In this document: one piece after another, positions 54,741-64,000 of the stretch
Layout: each line of letters opens with the position of its first letter
Numbering within the stretch: position 1 is the stretch's first letter
DNA from: Cyanidioschyzon merolae
Lineage: Eukaryota
Reading direction: 5' to 3' (one strand)
DNA: 64,000 bases
Assembly: GCA_000091205.1 (NCBI GenBank)
Contig: AP006483.2
Made by a program: the position numbers and the translations under genes
Notes under the pieces: generated by a model
Database searches by the model: none
Told to the model about the DNA's origin: nothing
What the model saw: only the letters and a program-made list of their open reading frames with translations

Positions 54741-56059
54741 CCGATGGACAGACGAGATTGGCTCGTCAAATGCGTCTATAATGCGAGACCACATATTCAA
54801 GCATCGTTTAACGCGCGCTTTATATGCGTTCTCGTCCTGCCGAAGCGCTTCTGCGCGACCGATGTCCCAGCATCGGCGAGGCCGTGCTTGGTTTATGGGA
54901 TCCTTGCATTGTGCTTCGAACGCGAATCTAATAGCGAACGGTTCCATTGCAAATCCATACAAAACAGGCGATTTCTGGGAAACGAAAGGCTGTTCCGTTG
55001 GCAGGACATGCAAGGCAGCAAGCTTTGTACACAGCAGAACCCGAGGTATCCGTGAATTCGAAACGTTCTATGGACTCTGGGGGCGTACCGGTTATGGAAT
55101 AGCCATCTGTGCGATGTGTCGATGCCGTTTGGATCCCAGGCTTTTACATACATCTCCACGCAGGTGGAGGAGGATCGCGAAGCATACACCCAGAGTTGTG
55201 TTTGCGAAGCGACCCATAAACGGTCCAATCGTGTGCTATCGTCTTCCTGTTTCGAACGCAGCAAATGCACCGCTGAGCGAAACTGCGCATCGAGCGTGTG
55301 GCTGGGTAAGCTTTCGGGCTAGTCCAGATATGGTCAGTGTATCGACGCCGTCAGCTGCCTTGCCATTGGCACGCGAACGAGCCGGCGACATTTTTTCCAT
55401 GGCAGTAATGCCGCTGCTTTTGTGGATGTGCTCTTACAAAGCGATGCAGATAAGCGCCGAGCGTGCATGGCTCTGTTTCCGTTGTGCAGTTTTCGCTAGA
55501 AACTTGACAGCCAATGATACGAGCGGCACTACTCGAGCGTCACCGCGCTTCTTTTCCATAGACTTCGTAAGAGCCTGGGCGTGCTTCGATTCCGTTGTGT
55601 TGCTGCGATATTCGAGAATCGTTTGGCGGACCGAGGCCAATTGCAGTCGAGGACATGCAGTAGTGCCCGCCGACATGTCGCTTCTGCACTGCTCTCGATG
55701 AGCGCTTCCAAGAGCGACTACAGCAGCGCGATATGCGAATCGCAGTGAACGCTTCCCCGCAGGAGCTCAGTTGCAACTGGATGCATTCGACATACATAAA
55801 ATATTGGTGAGAGGTACAATCTCAGTAAGATTTGCCCCATTCACTGTTACAAGCGCTGCCGCTGACGCACCGCTGCCAGCTCCACAGCGATTCAGGGTGC
55901 AGTTCGCTAGGACGGCACATGGACAAAACTCGGACACCCCACCGACAGCTATCACCACAGCGAATGGGTTGTTTGGATTTGACGAGACCGCGGCGGCAAC
56001 ACGCATGCATGTCTGTTGCAGCAGTGCACCTACCGTCGAACAGTTGAAGGAGCTTGTTA

Positions 56060-56260
56060 CAGAGGGCGACCCTGATGGTACGCCTGACGGCAACGCAGAA
56101 GCCGCTGCTAACGATGTCGTTGAAGGCGAACCTGAAGGTATCCCTGAAAAGGATGCTGACAATGTTCTCGAAGGTAACACTGATGGTATTCCTGACGGCA
56201 CTCGTGTCAGGGACGCTGACGGTATCCCTGGTACCATCGCTGCGAACGGAGAACTCGAAG
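56060..56260. repeat. Degenerate ~45-bp tandem repeat region encoding (D/E)G(I/T)PDG-type acidic repeats on + and SG(I/V)PS-type repeats on -
   Basis: Recurrent gatggta(c/t)(g/c)cctga(c/a)ggc / gaaggtatccctga / gacggtatccctgg units. Both strands give ORFs (55771-56385 + and 55767-56525 -) with repetitive low-complexity translations. Coding status is unresolved. Confidence 0.5.
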
Positions 56261-57699
56261 GGGAAGCAGAAACTTGCGTTTCCAAAACACCTATATGTAG
56301 TAACTCATCTGCTTCGTCCATAGTCGCGTCGACGGCAAAGTTTCGCGGACACGCTCGCCACAAAAGCAGCCAGCATAACAGGTAAAGAAGCAGCGAGCGG
56401 ACACGCACCGATAGAAACCCACGAGTCTGCGAACCAGAAACGCGCCACCATCTGGAATAGAAAAGCCTGGACAATGACATATCCTTTTTACACTGACCAC
56501 AGGAAAGCCAGTCAGCAGAAAGCACACACTATCCGAGCACCAGTGCACCAGCTTCGCAGACGCGGTTCAAGAGAAAACAGCAATTTGAAATTTAGACGCG
56601 CCAGCAGCGGCATGCGAGCATCCCTACAGAATGGTGTCTGGCGATAACGATGAGGTCGCAGATTCTCTACTGCTCCATGGGACAGCACACGGTGTGTCGT
56701 ATGTTGACCACGATGCTGCCGAGCTCTGTTGCTCAAAGACGAAAACCTTGTGACTTGGTTCCCCTGGGAAAAGCGGCAATGACGAGGCTTAATTTTGGCG
56801 AGCGCTTCTCAGCTATGGATTGCTGACGGTTGCATGCACGACTCCAATACATACCATCACAGAGCACGAACTGAGGCAGTCAAGCACGCGCTTCGAAGTC
56901 CAGCACAAATTGTCTCCGATTCTCTTAGAGGACACCAGAGCATGGGCAGTGACGTTTATGCGCAGTCGACGCAGCAGGCGCGCATGGCGATACCGTGTAC
57001 CATCTGCGCTTTACGTCGATGCTGTTCAGAGACATGGCGACTTGGGTCGTTGCTGCACGGCGACAACCGTAGAGGCACTTTCAGGGGTATAGCAGAAGTC
57101 CACAGCAGCTGTAGCTTTCCAAGTTTTCGCTGTATCTAGTTGGTGTTCGTTTGGGAAACACTGGTATAGAGAGTGAAGCAATGCTCTGCCCGGACAGTCA
57201 TGATGCTCGCCTGACTGATGGCCAGCGCTTCGCCTTCGCGTATCCACGGGGCGATGTCAGTCGGATCCGCCTATCTGACGCCACGAATAACAGCAACCTG
57301 TCCGAGCTGCGTTCGTATCGCGTTCAGCACGTGCAACGAACGATAGGTAGAACACCCGTACATGAATTTCGAGACACGCCCAGCGGTTACTAATGCGACA
57401 GTGCTGACCCTATGGAGCGGATGCACGACAGAGGCAACAGTGCCGGAACGTGTTACAGCACGAAGCGTCCGCGGCGATCTAGAGACCTATGCATGACAAC
57501 AAAGCGACGAACGAAAGGCATGTATCATCCGGCTCGCGGTGCCTCTGCCGATATCGCGATCTCACATAGTTGCTGCTCTAGACGCATCTTGCTCGCAATA
57601 ACCGGCGTGATGGAATAAGCGCTGGCATCGAATTTCGTTGGACATTGACAGTACAGCCCAATGCTTGATGCAACAGGCGATCAAGCGTCAAAGAGAAGA

Positions 57700-59100
57700 A
57701 TTGGATACCAGATTTTTTTGGTTTTACAAAACGTTCACATCGACCGCGGATTCCATATCGCGAGATGGGTATTGGCTTTAGGAAGCATCCGTCAAACTGG
57801 ACCCTACCTTCAAGTTCCACCATCGGTACTTTTTCTCTGATAGACTAGTCGTTTCGTACGTTTTATCGTGTGCCGGGTGCCCCTCTTGCTGCACACGCAA
57901 TCGCGTCGAAACCGCTGGAGCAGATGCAGCGCGGAGACAGAGCGGCGTTGCCATGCCACTGAGGGCGTCGGCTCGAGGCGTTGTTCACCCGGTGTCGAGT
58001 CTGATCTCATCGTTGATATGTACTCAGCCAGTCTGCGTATGCAGACTTGCCTTTACTGCACGGCACATTGGAGATGCATGGCAGTCAGGATGAATCCTGG
58101 GGGCCGCCCTTCTCCTTCGCTCTCGTGCATGGAACGCGTTGTCGGTTCGCGACGCGGCATTAGCTTGGCATCCGCCAGTGCGCAGGTCTACAAAGCGCTC
58201 GTCTCGTGTGCTCATCTGGTTCACGACACTGAAATCCAGCCTATTCTGGGACGAGGAAGTTGCGCTACTCGAGGTCCTCTGGATCTGATTCGTGAGCGTT
58301 GCGCAAATTAGCCTCATTGTTGATGAGATTAGTGTGACACCGCTGTAGTTGTTCGAGTCTGTTGGAGGATCCATTTTGAGAATGGGTACCACCTCAGCAA
58401 TCTCCCGTACATCTGGGATGTACGTTTCTTCAAACATGCGTTTGATGAGCTCCAGCAAGCGTTTGCCTAGGATTGTGTCACATTCATCATGTATCGATGG
58501 GTCCCTGGCGTCTCATCTTCTGGTAGCACCAATTTGTGCCACTCCGTAAGGATACCGTCAGTGCCTGATGCTTTGCGGTTTCTTATGTTTAGCAGGGTCT
58601 CATCTAGTTCAGGCCAAAAGATTGTGTCGTCCTTTTCCGGTAGCGGGTCAAGTTGTCATAGTTTGGGTCTTGACAGTTTCCAGATTCGTCCGCACGCAGC
58701 TCTGTATAATGGTCTGTCCAGGCTCCATTCACTGAGGCACTTTCTGTCTCCAACTTTCCTTTCTAGTGGATTGGTTGGATCCCCACGGACTGTACTGGTT
58801 GGCCAAGCCTCGTACGGATGTAGAGCCAACTCTCATCTTCGTTGGTGCTCTCGTGGAGAGATTTGCCCAGAGAGGCGCTTTTGCGGCTTCTATCCGTTCG
58901 CATGTCTTCTCTGGTAAGTTTTTTTTCTTTTGATAGCTTCCTCGCGTTGCCCCTGTAGCGCCGGCAGGACTGCACTTACTTTCTTGCCTCCAGCTGTGGG
59001 TCAAATGGCGGTGTGGACGACGACCTTTTCGAGTTGGTAGCATTCACCAATCCGTCCTTTGGTACGTCATTTTAGGTACCGTGGTTTGCTACTGTTGCGT
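57700..59100 (-). mobile_element. Degenerate non-LTR retrotransposon (LINE) remnant, copy D: RT domains 0-3 plus a downstream frame-shifted thumb-like region
   Basis: Minus-strand ORF 58024-58458 reads VVPILKMDPPTDSNNYSGVTLISSTMRLICATLTNQIQ..SQNRLDFSVVNQMST..ASRTDNAF. This parallels the LINE RT motifs TLIPKkgd..NyRPISLl..ilakiLanRl..eeQ.GF..grs..iDf.KAFD. The 57760-57960 stretch is homologous to repeat copies A, B and C. No intact ORF2. Confidence 0.55.
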
Positions 59101-60370
59101 TCTGATGCAAGGAGTCCCAGTTCTCTGGCAATCAACTGATTCTCATCCACAAACTCGCGTCTCAAATTGATTGAGGGTTTGCTTGCACGTCTTTTAGGAT
59201 CTATAGCGCTGTGAGCAGGGGTCTGGGTTTGATGGCAGTTTTCTGAGATCCTGCTGGGGTGCTATCGCCGGGGATCACTTGTGATGTGCTCGCGAGAGCC
59301 CCAGCCTATGGGCTCGTTTGGGAGTTCTTCTTTCAGTTCTTCTGTTTTTTTATTGGACTGCTTCTTCGGGCCCTTCCCTAGGCGGCTATCTCTCGTTACT
59401 GTTCTATTACGTGGATCATGAGGCCACTGTGTCTCTTCTTCCGTATCTCGTTCGGTATCTTTCTCTCCTGTAGAGTCCTCTACTTGCATCAGTTCTTCGT
59501 TACTGTACTGGTAGATCGATATCTCGTAGTTCAATTTCGAGGTTATCCCGCTAATATTCCATGATGCGAAACCTATCGAGTTGTAGCGCAAAAGGGGATA
59601 GGAATAGCGTTGGATACTCCAGAGATACGTCGTCGATTTAGTCGCATCCTCCAGAGGGTGTGTGAGCGCCCATGCCACCAGTGCCTCCTGGATTCCAGTC
59701 GTTCATTGAGAGCTTGGCTCAGCGCTAGCGTAGAATCATAAGTACATTAGTCAAGGTCAATTCGAATGCGACTGTCACCTTGCCAGGCGCGTAGAGCCAG
59801 CCTCAACCTCTGGGAATAGTCCAAGAAGCAATCTTTCAAGGCCTTTGTATCCACGCCCGAAACAAATAGGCGGGCAAGTCGCTTATTGCAACTTCGACCG
59901 CGACCATACTGCCAGCCGTCTTCTAAAGTATCCGCCGAGATTTTTTCCAAAGTTGACGTAGACACCGAGGTAGGAGGTATAACTGAGCCCGAGTTCGAGG
60001 TCGGTTTCAGGACTCGCGCCAAAGCCTTCGGAAACGTTTCGGGACAGGTGGATGACTGCTCAGGTATCTCGTCATCGGATGCTGCTACTGCCTCCGCCCC
60101 TTTGATCGTTGCAGTCAGGGGCCCTTACGTGGACTTCTTTCTCCAGTCGCTCGAATCTCACCGCTCTCTTCCGTTATCAGAATTTCTCCGGAAAACTGGA
60201 CATGTCCGTCCGGCGTAGTTTTTAGTGATTTAGATGTTGTTTTTTAATAAATTGAGTGTGTCTGGTTTGTATCTATTTTTGGCGGGCGGGGGGAGGGGGG
60301 CTACCCGTTTTTACATCGTCTACAGGCAGCTGCAGGATATCCGTGATCCTTTCCCTTGATTTCATACAAA

Positions 60371-60410
60371 TATGAATATTTCTGAACATCGGGTGGCGTT
60401 TCTCGAATCC
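60371..60410. promoter_or_regulatory. Heat-shock-element-like motifs (nTTCnnGAAn) ~150-185 bp upstream of the HSP90 start codon
   Basis: gcgTTTCtcGAAtcc is a perfect 2-unit inverted TTCnnGAA. The adjacent atGAAtatTTCtGAAca is an imperfect 3-unit array with one spacing offset. Their position relative to the ATG at 60555 fits a promoter. Confidence 0.3.
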
Positions 60411-60554
60411 TCGCGGCGACGCCGCCGGTACTCGTACACCGCGTGCTTGACCAGCAGTACTCGGTCGAATTGTGTGGGAAGTCACGAAGCCAACATAAAC
60501 GCGTCTTGGTGAGATCTAACCTTTCGAACCCTTCTCTCGATATACTGAAGAAAG

Positions 60555-62924
60555 ATGACAGCTAGAAACACATTTGTTGCCGGTAACGCTCCAGGAGCAG
60601 TTGCGTTTATCGCCAGTGTCCGTCTTGGAGGACTTTCGGCGAGGTCAAGTTCTTCCGTCTGTCGCTCAGTCAAGGCGCGGTCGTTCGGTATGGGGCGCAC
60701 TTCGGTGGCTATCCAGCCGAAACCAGTCTTGTCGGCTCATAAGTCGGGACGGAACACGGGGCTGCTGCGAATGAGCGCGGCAGAAGCGACACAAAACAAG
60801 GAAACTTACGAGTTTCAGGCCGAGGTTTCACGGGTGATGGATATCATCGTGAACTCTCTGTATTCGAATACGGACATTTTTCTCCGAGAACTTATATCAA
60901 ATGCCTCGGACGCTTGTGATAAGAAGCGTTTCTTGAAACTCACCGGAAAGTCCGATGCAGGAGACTCGCTTTCGGATACAGAGGAGCTTGCTATTCGTGT
61001 GAAATGCGACGAGAAAGAGCGGACCATTAGTATAACGGACAACGGCATAGGGATGACGAAATCCGAACTAATCAATAATCTTGGCAAAATAGCGGCCTCA
61101 GGGACAGCCAAGTTTGTTGAGGCTCTGAAAGAAGGCGCAGCAGACCTCAGCCTCATTGGACGATTTGGTGTTGGCTTTTACTCTGCGTTTCTAGTGGCGG
61201 ATCGGGTCACCGTGCACACCAAGTCGCCGAACGACCAAAAAGCTTGGAGATGGGAGTCCGAACAAACCAAAAACTTTACGATTACTGAAGAATCCGACCC
61301 GCGGAGTTTTCTGCCTGAAGGCGCAACCAGCGGCACAACCGTAACGCTGCACATCAAAGAAGGTATGGAGAAATACCTTAACGACTTCAGCCTCCGTCAG
61401 CTCCTGGAGTTGTACTCAGAATTTGTGTCATTTCCGATTTACCTCTGGATGAGTCGAATCGAGTACGACAAAGTGAAGGAGAAGGATGAGAAAACTGGTG
61501 AAGAGAAAGAAAAGAGTGTACCGCGTACAGTCTACAATTGGGAATTGGTTAACAAGACGAAACCGATCTGGATGCGAAAGCCATCAGAAGTCACCGATGA
61601 TGAGTACAACGAGTTCTACAAATCGATCAGTCGTGACTTTGAAGATCCCTTAGCTCGCACGCATTTTTCCGCGGAGGGAGAGGTAGAGTTTCGCAGCATT
61701 CTCTTCACGCCGCGGCGGCTGCCCTTCGAATTAGCACAGAACATGTTCAGTGAAGCTGCGCGCCCGCTGAAGCTTTACGTGAAACGTGTTTTCATTTCGG
61801 ACAAATTCGATGAGTTGATCCCACGCTGGCTGACCTTTATCCGTGGTGTCGTTGACAGCGAAGACCTACCTCTGAATGTGTCCCGTGAGATCCTCCAGCA
61901 GAGCAAGGTAGCGCGCGTAATTGGACGACGTGTGACTCGCAAAGCGATCGACATGTTCAGGGAAATTGCCGAGCGCAGCAACCCGAAGGATTATGAGACA
62001 CTATGGGAAAATTTTGGTCGGTACTTGAAAGTCGGTGCCTTCGAGGATAATGAATGGTCGAAGGACCTGCGCCCGCTGCTTCGTTTCCATTCGTCCAAGA
62101 GCGGGGACAAGTGGGTCAGCTTCGATGAATACATTGGCCGTATGAAGGAGTCGCAGAACAAACGCATATTTTACCTCGCGGCGGAGAATCGGCTCGCTGC
62201 GATGAATTCTCCGCTGTTGGAGCGTCTGAAGAAGAAAGATTACGAGGTTATCTTCCTGCTTGAGCCGGTCGATGAATTAGTTTTCCAGCAACTGAACGGC
62301 AAGTATGGAGATGGCTACACTTTAGTGGATGTTGCAAAATCTGACCTCGAGCTTGACTCAGAGGCGGAGGATTCGAAAGAGGACAGCAGCCAGACACAAG
62401 CGTTGTCAGAAGCTGAACTCGAACCGCTGTGCAAGTGGCTTGGCGAGCTTTTCAAGGAACATGTTGAGAAGGTGAAGGTCTCGAAGCGGCTGACGGATTC
62501 GCCCATGGCCATCTCACAGAGCACCTACGGAATGTCGCCAATGCTGGAGCGATTCATGCGGACGCAGGCCGCTATGTTGAAGGAGGACATTCCACCAGGT
62601 TTCGAACAGAAGAGGATCATAGAAATTAATCCTGCGCATCCAGTGATCCACCAAATGGCGTCGCAACTGCGCAACTCTGGCGAAGCAGACAGCGAAGCTG
62701 CAACCTTACTCTATGAAACCGCCCTGCTTCAGAGTGGATATAACATTCGCGATTATGGCGGCTTCGCGCGACGCGTGACCAAGTATTTGCAGAGCTCTTT
62801 GTTGAATAATTTGAATACGACTGGTGGTGGGGACAATGCTAATGCGAACGGTGACGCATCAAGTGGTGAGAGCAAAGCAGAGGCCGTCGAAGCGGAAGTG
62901 GTCGGCGATGCAGCGAACCCATGA
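60555..62924 (+). CDS. HSP90: HSP90-family chaperone with a ~75-aa N-terminal presequence and no ER-retention signal (organellar, plastid HSP90C-like)
   Basis: ETYEFQAEVSRVMDIIVNSLYSNTDIFLRELISNASDACDKKRF is the HSP90C/GRP94-type N-terminal ATPase signature Y-x-F-Q-A-E + LISNASDALDK. GxGxG-like IGRFGVGFYSAFLVAD forms the ATP lid. The full middle and C-terminal domains are present. The C-terminus is ...AEVVGDAANP with no KDEL/HDEL and no MEEVD. The N-terminus is S/R/A-rich and looks like a transit peptide. 789 aa, single exon. Confidence 0.9.
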   Translation: MTARNTFVAGNAPGAVAFIASVRLGGLSARSSSSVCRSVKARSFGMGRTSVAIQPKPVLSAHKSGRNTGLLRMSAAEATQNKETYEFQAEVSRVMDIIVNSLYSNTDIFLRELISNASDACDKKRFLKLTGKSDAGDSLSDTEELAIRVKCDEKERTISITDNGIGMTKSELINNLGKIAASGTAKFVEALKEGAADLSLIGRFGVGFYSAFLVADRVTVHTKSPNDQKAWRWESEQTKNFTITEESDPRSFLPEGATSGTTVTLHIKEGMEKYLNDFSLRQLLELYSEFVSFPIYLWMSRIEYDKVKEKDEKTGEEKEKSVPRTVYNWELVNKTKPIWMRKPSEVTDDEYNEFYKSISRDFEDPLARTHFSAEGEVEFRSILFTPRRLPFELAQNMFSEAARPLKLYVKRVFISDKFDELIPRWLTFIRGVVDSEDLPLNVSREILQQSKVARVIGRRVTRKAIDMFREIAERSNPKDYETLWENFGRYLKVGAFEDNEWSKDLRPLLRFHSSKSGDKWVSFDEYIGRMKESQNKRIFYLAAENRLAAMNSPLLERLKKKDYEVIFLLEPVDELVFQQLNGKYGDGYTLVDVAKSDLELDSEAEDSKEDSSQTQALSEAELEPLCKWLGELFKEHVEKVKVSKRLTDSPMAISQSTYGMSPMLERFMRTQAAMLKEDIPPGFEQKRIIEINPAHPVIHQMASQLRNSGEADSEAATLLYETALLQSGYNIRDYGGFARRVTKYLQSSLLNNLNTTGGGDNANANGDASSGESKAEAVEAEVVGDAANP

Positions 62925-64000
62925 CGCGCATGGTTCTCCGCTCGACCCTGTGGCATTGTCCGTATGGTTGGGTTCTTTGGTCCGTCGAATTCGCATCTAG
63001 CGTGGACCCTGTGACAGGGATTCCTCTTTTCTAAACCTGAGTATTCATGAACGCGGCTTGTCGCGGAACCTTGAAGAGGAAATGTGGGAGCTTTCGGGCG
63101 AGCAACTCGGGAGTAACGCTTTCAGGGGCGATATTGCGAACGCTGTAGGATTGCTAAACTGAACTGAATTTTGCCGCACGGGCGATAGTTGCTGCTGATG
63201 AGACATGAGACAACATAAAGATCTGGGCATCCAGATTTCAAAAGGGTGCCTCTCATGATTTTCAACAGTCCGGTCACAGCGCGCTCGAACTGTACCCTTC
63301 CAGCGTTCGAATACTGGTGAGCTGTGGATGTTAGCAAGATTCAGCATGCTGGACACCAGTTACGATTCGGCAGAAATTCAAGTGATCCTGTCCAGCTATA
63401 TGCTGTTGTACCCAAGTCTGACTGACATGGAGCGGTCTACTTGGCTACCTCGGGCGTATACTCTAAACATTGGGCGTCTCCCCAGTGTCACCAACACAAG
63501 CCGTTGTGAGCCTTTTCTGAAACTGCATCGCTTCTCGTTCTCATCTCTCGCTTTAAGCACGCCGGCTTCTAAAGTCCCTTCCGCTCTATCGCCAGCATTC
63601 GAAGGGTGATGATCGCGGCGTGATAACCCCGATTAACCTGTTTCCTGATGTCTTCTGTGCTTTTTATGCACAGGCAAAAGTTGCGATCTAAACATCACTG
63701 GCAACTACTCCCTTTCGTGCGTTCGGCCTGGATGCGCACTCCGCAATGGTATCACCGGGCTGTGACGGGGGTTTCTCAAACGTCCACAACTCTTCCTTTT
63801 CAGCGCACCGCCATGTCGAGCGTGAACGCGTGCTTCATGGCTCTATTGCATGCCCTTGACGGGTACAGAAGGCTATCGTCGATGCCCTGCTCCGGTTTTG
63901 CCCCAATTAGAGTGTCCAACGAGTACGGGCGTCTTTCTAGGCGATAGCCTCGGCGAGTGCATTGTCTGTTGCACACGCAAGCGCAAGCTGTTCCGTGCGA

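Noticed and set aside
54324-55701. Overlapping opposite-strand ORFs 54499-55701 (+, 400 aa) and 54324-55013 (-, 229 aa)
   Set aside because: They are mutually overlapping, Arg/Cys/Ser-rich and without recognisable motifs. They contain the (CAGG)n microsatellite. Most likely non-coding intergenic DNA.
1-64000. Prokaryotic-style defence/accessory system (operons, CRISPR array, toxin-antitoxin)
   Set aside because: The window is eukaryotic nuclear DNA. Genes are long monocistronic ORFs on both strands, separated by kilobases. The proteins are eukaryote-specific (Spt3, LIN54-type CXC, Ski2, BLTP, HSP90 with a transit peptide). There are no Shine-Dalgarno-spaced gene arrays. The only regular repeat array (11337-12010) has contiguous 136-bp units without unique spacers, so it is a minisatellite, not a CRISPR.

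Overview
This 64 kb window is GC-rich eukaryotic nuclear DNA, not prokaryotic. I estimate GC at roughly 57-58% by eye. Protein genes appear as long, uninterrupted, apparently intron-less ORFs with GC-rich third codon positions. They are separated by 1-6 kb AT-richer intergenic stretches full of decayed transposon fragments and simple or tandem repeats. I see no operons, CRISPR arrays, rRNA or convincing tRNA genes, and no prokaryote-style defence island.

Genes I can support from conserved motifs:
- a Spt3/TAF13-like histone-fold protein (1010-3052, -)
- a TPR protein (6413-8068, +)
- a stand-alone EPSP synthase with an N-terminal presequence (13411-15096, +)
- a LIN54/TSO1-type tandem-CXC protein (15862-17994, -)
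- an ornithine decarboxylase with long extensions (21322-23832, -)
- a giant 2885-aa FMP27/SABRE/Hobbit-like (BLTP2-type) bridge-like lipid-transfer protein (27655-36312, +)
- a hypothetical protein (39569-40531, -)
- an ABC1/UbiB atypical kinase fused to a serine beta-lactamase-like domain (44992-48150, +)
- a Ski2-like DExH RNA helicase with a DSHCT domain (49698-54170, +)
- an organelle-targeted HSP90 (HSP90C-like; 60555-62924, +)

The gene content points to a plastid-bearing protist or alga: a monofunctional EPSPS with a presequence, an HSP90C-like gene, and an ABC1K-beta-lactamase fusion of the kind known from Archaeplastida. The intron-poor, gene-sparse, TE-littered architecture is reminiscent of red-algal nuclear genomes, but that is speculative.

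The intergenic DNA holds at least two dispersed repeat families:
- One is a LINE-like reverse-transcriptase remnant with 4-5 copies, all in the same (minus) orientation.
- The other is a ~1.5 kb composite repeat carrying a Tc1/mariner-type DDE transposase pseudogene, in 2 copies ~38 kb apart.

There is also a 136-bp minisatellite of ~5 units, plus several microsatellites.

I did not find a discrete novel multi-gene system. The most unusual items are the giant BLTP gene, the kinase-beta-lactamase fusion, the extended ODC, and the structure of the repeat families.
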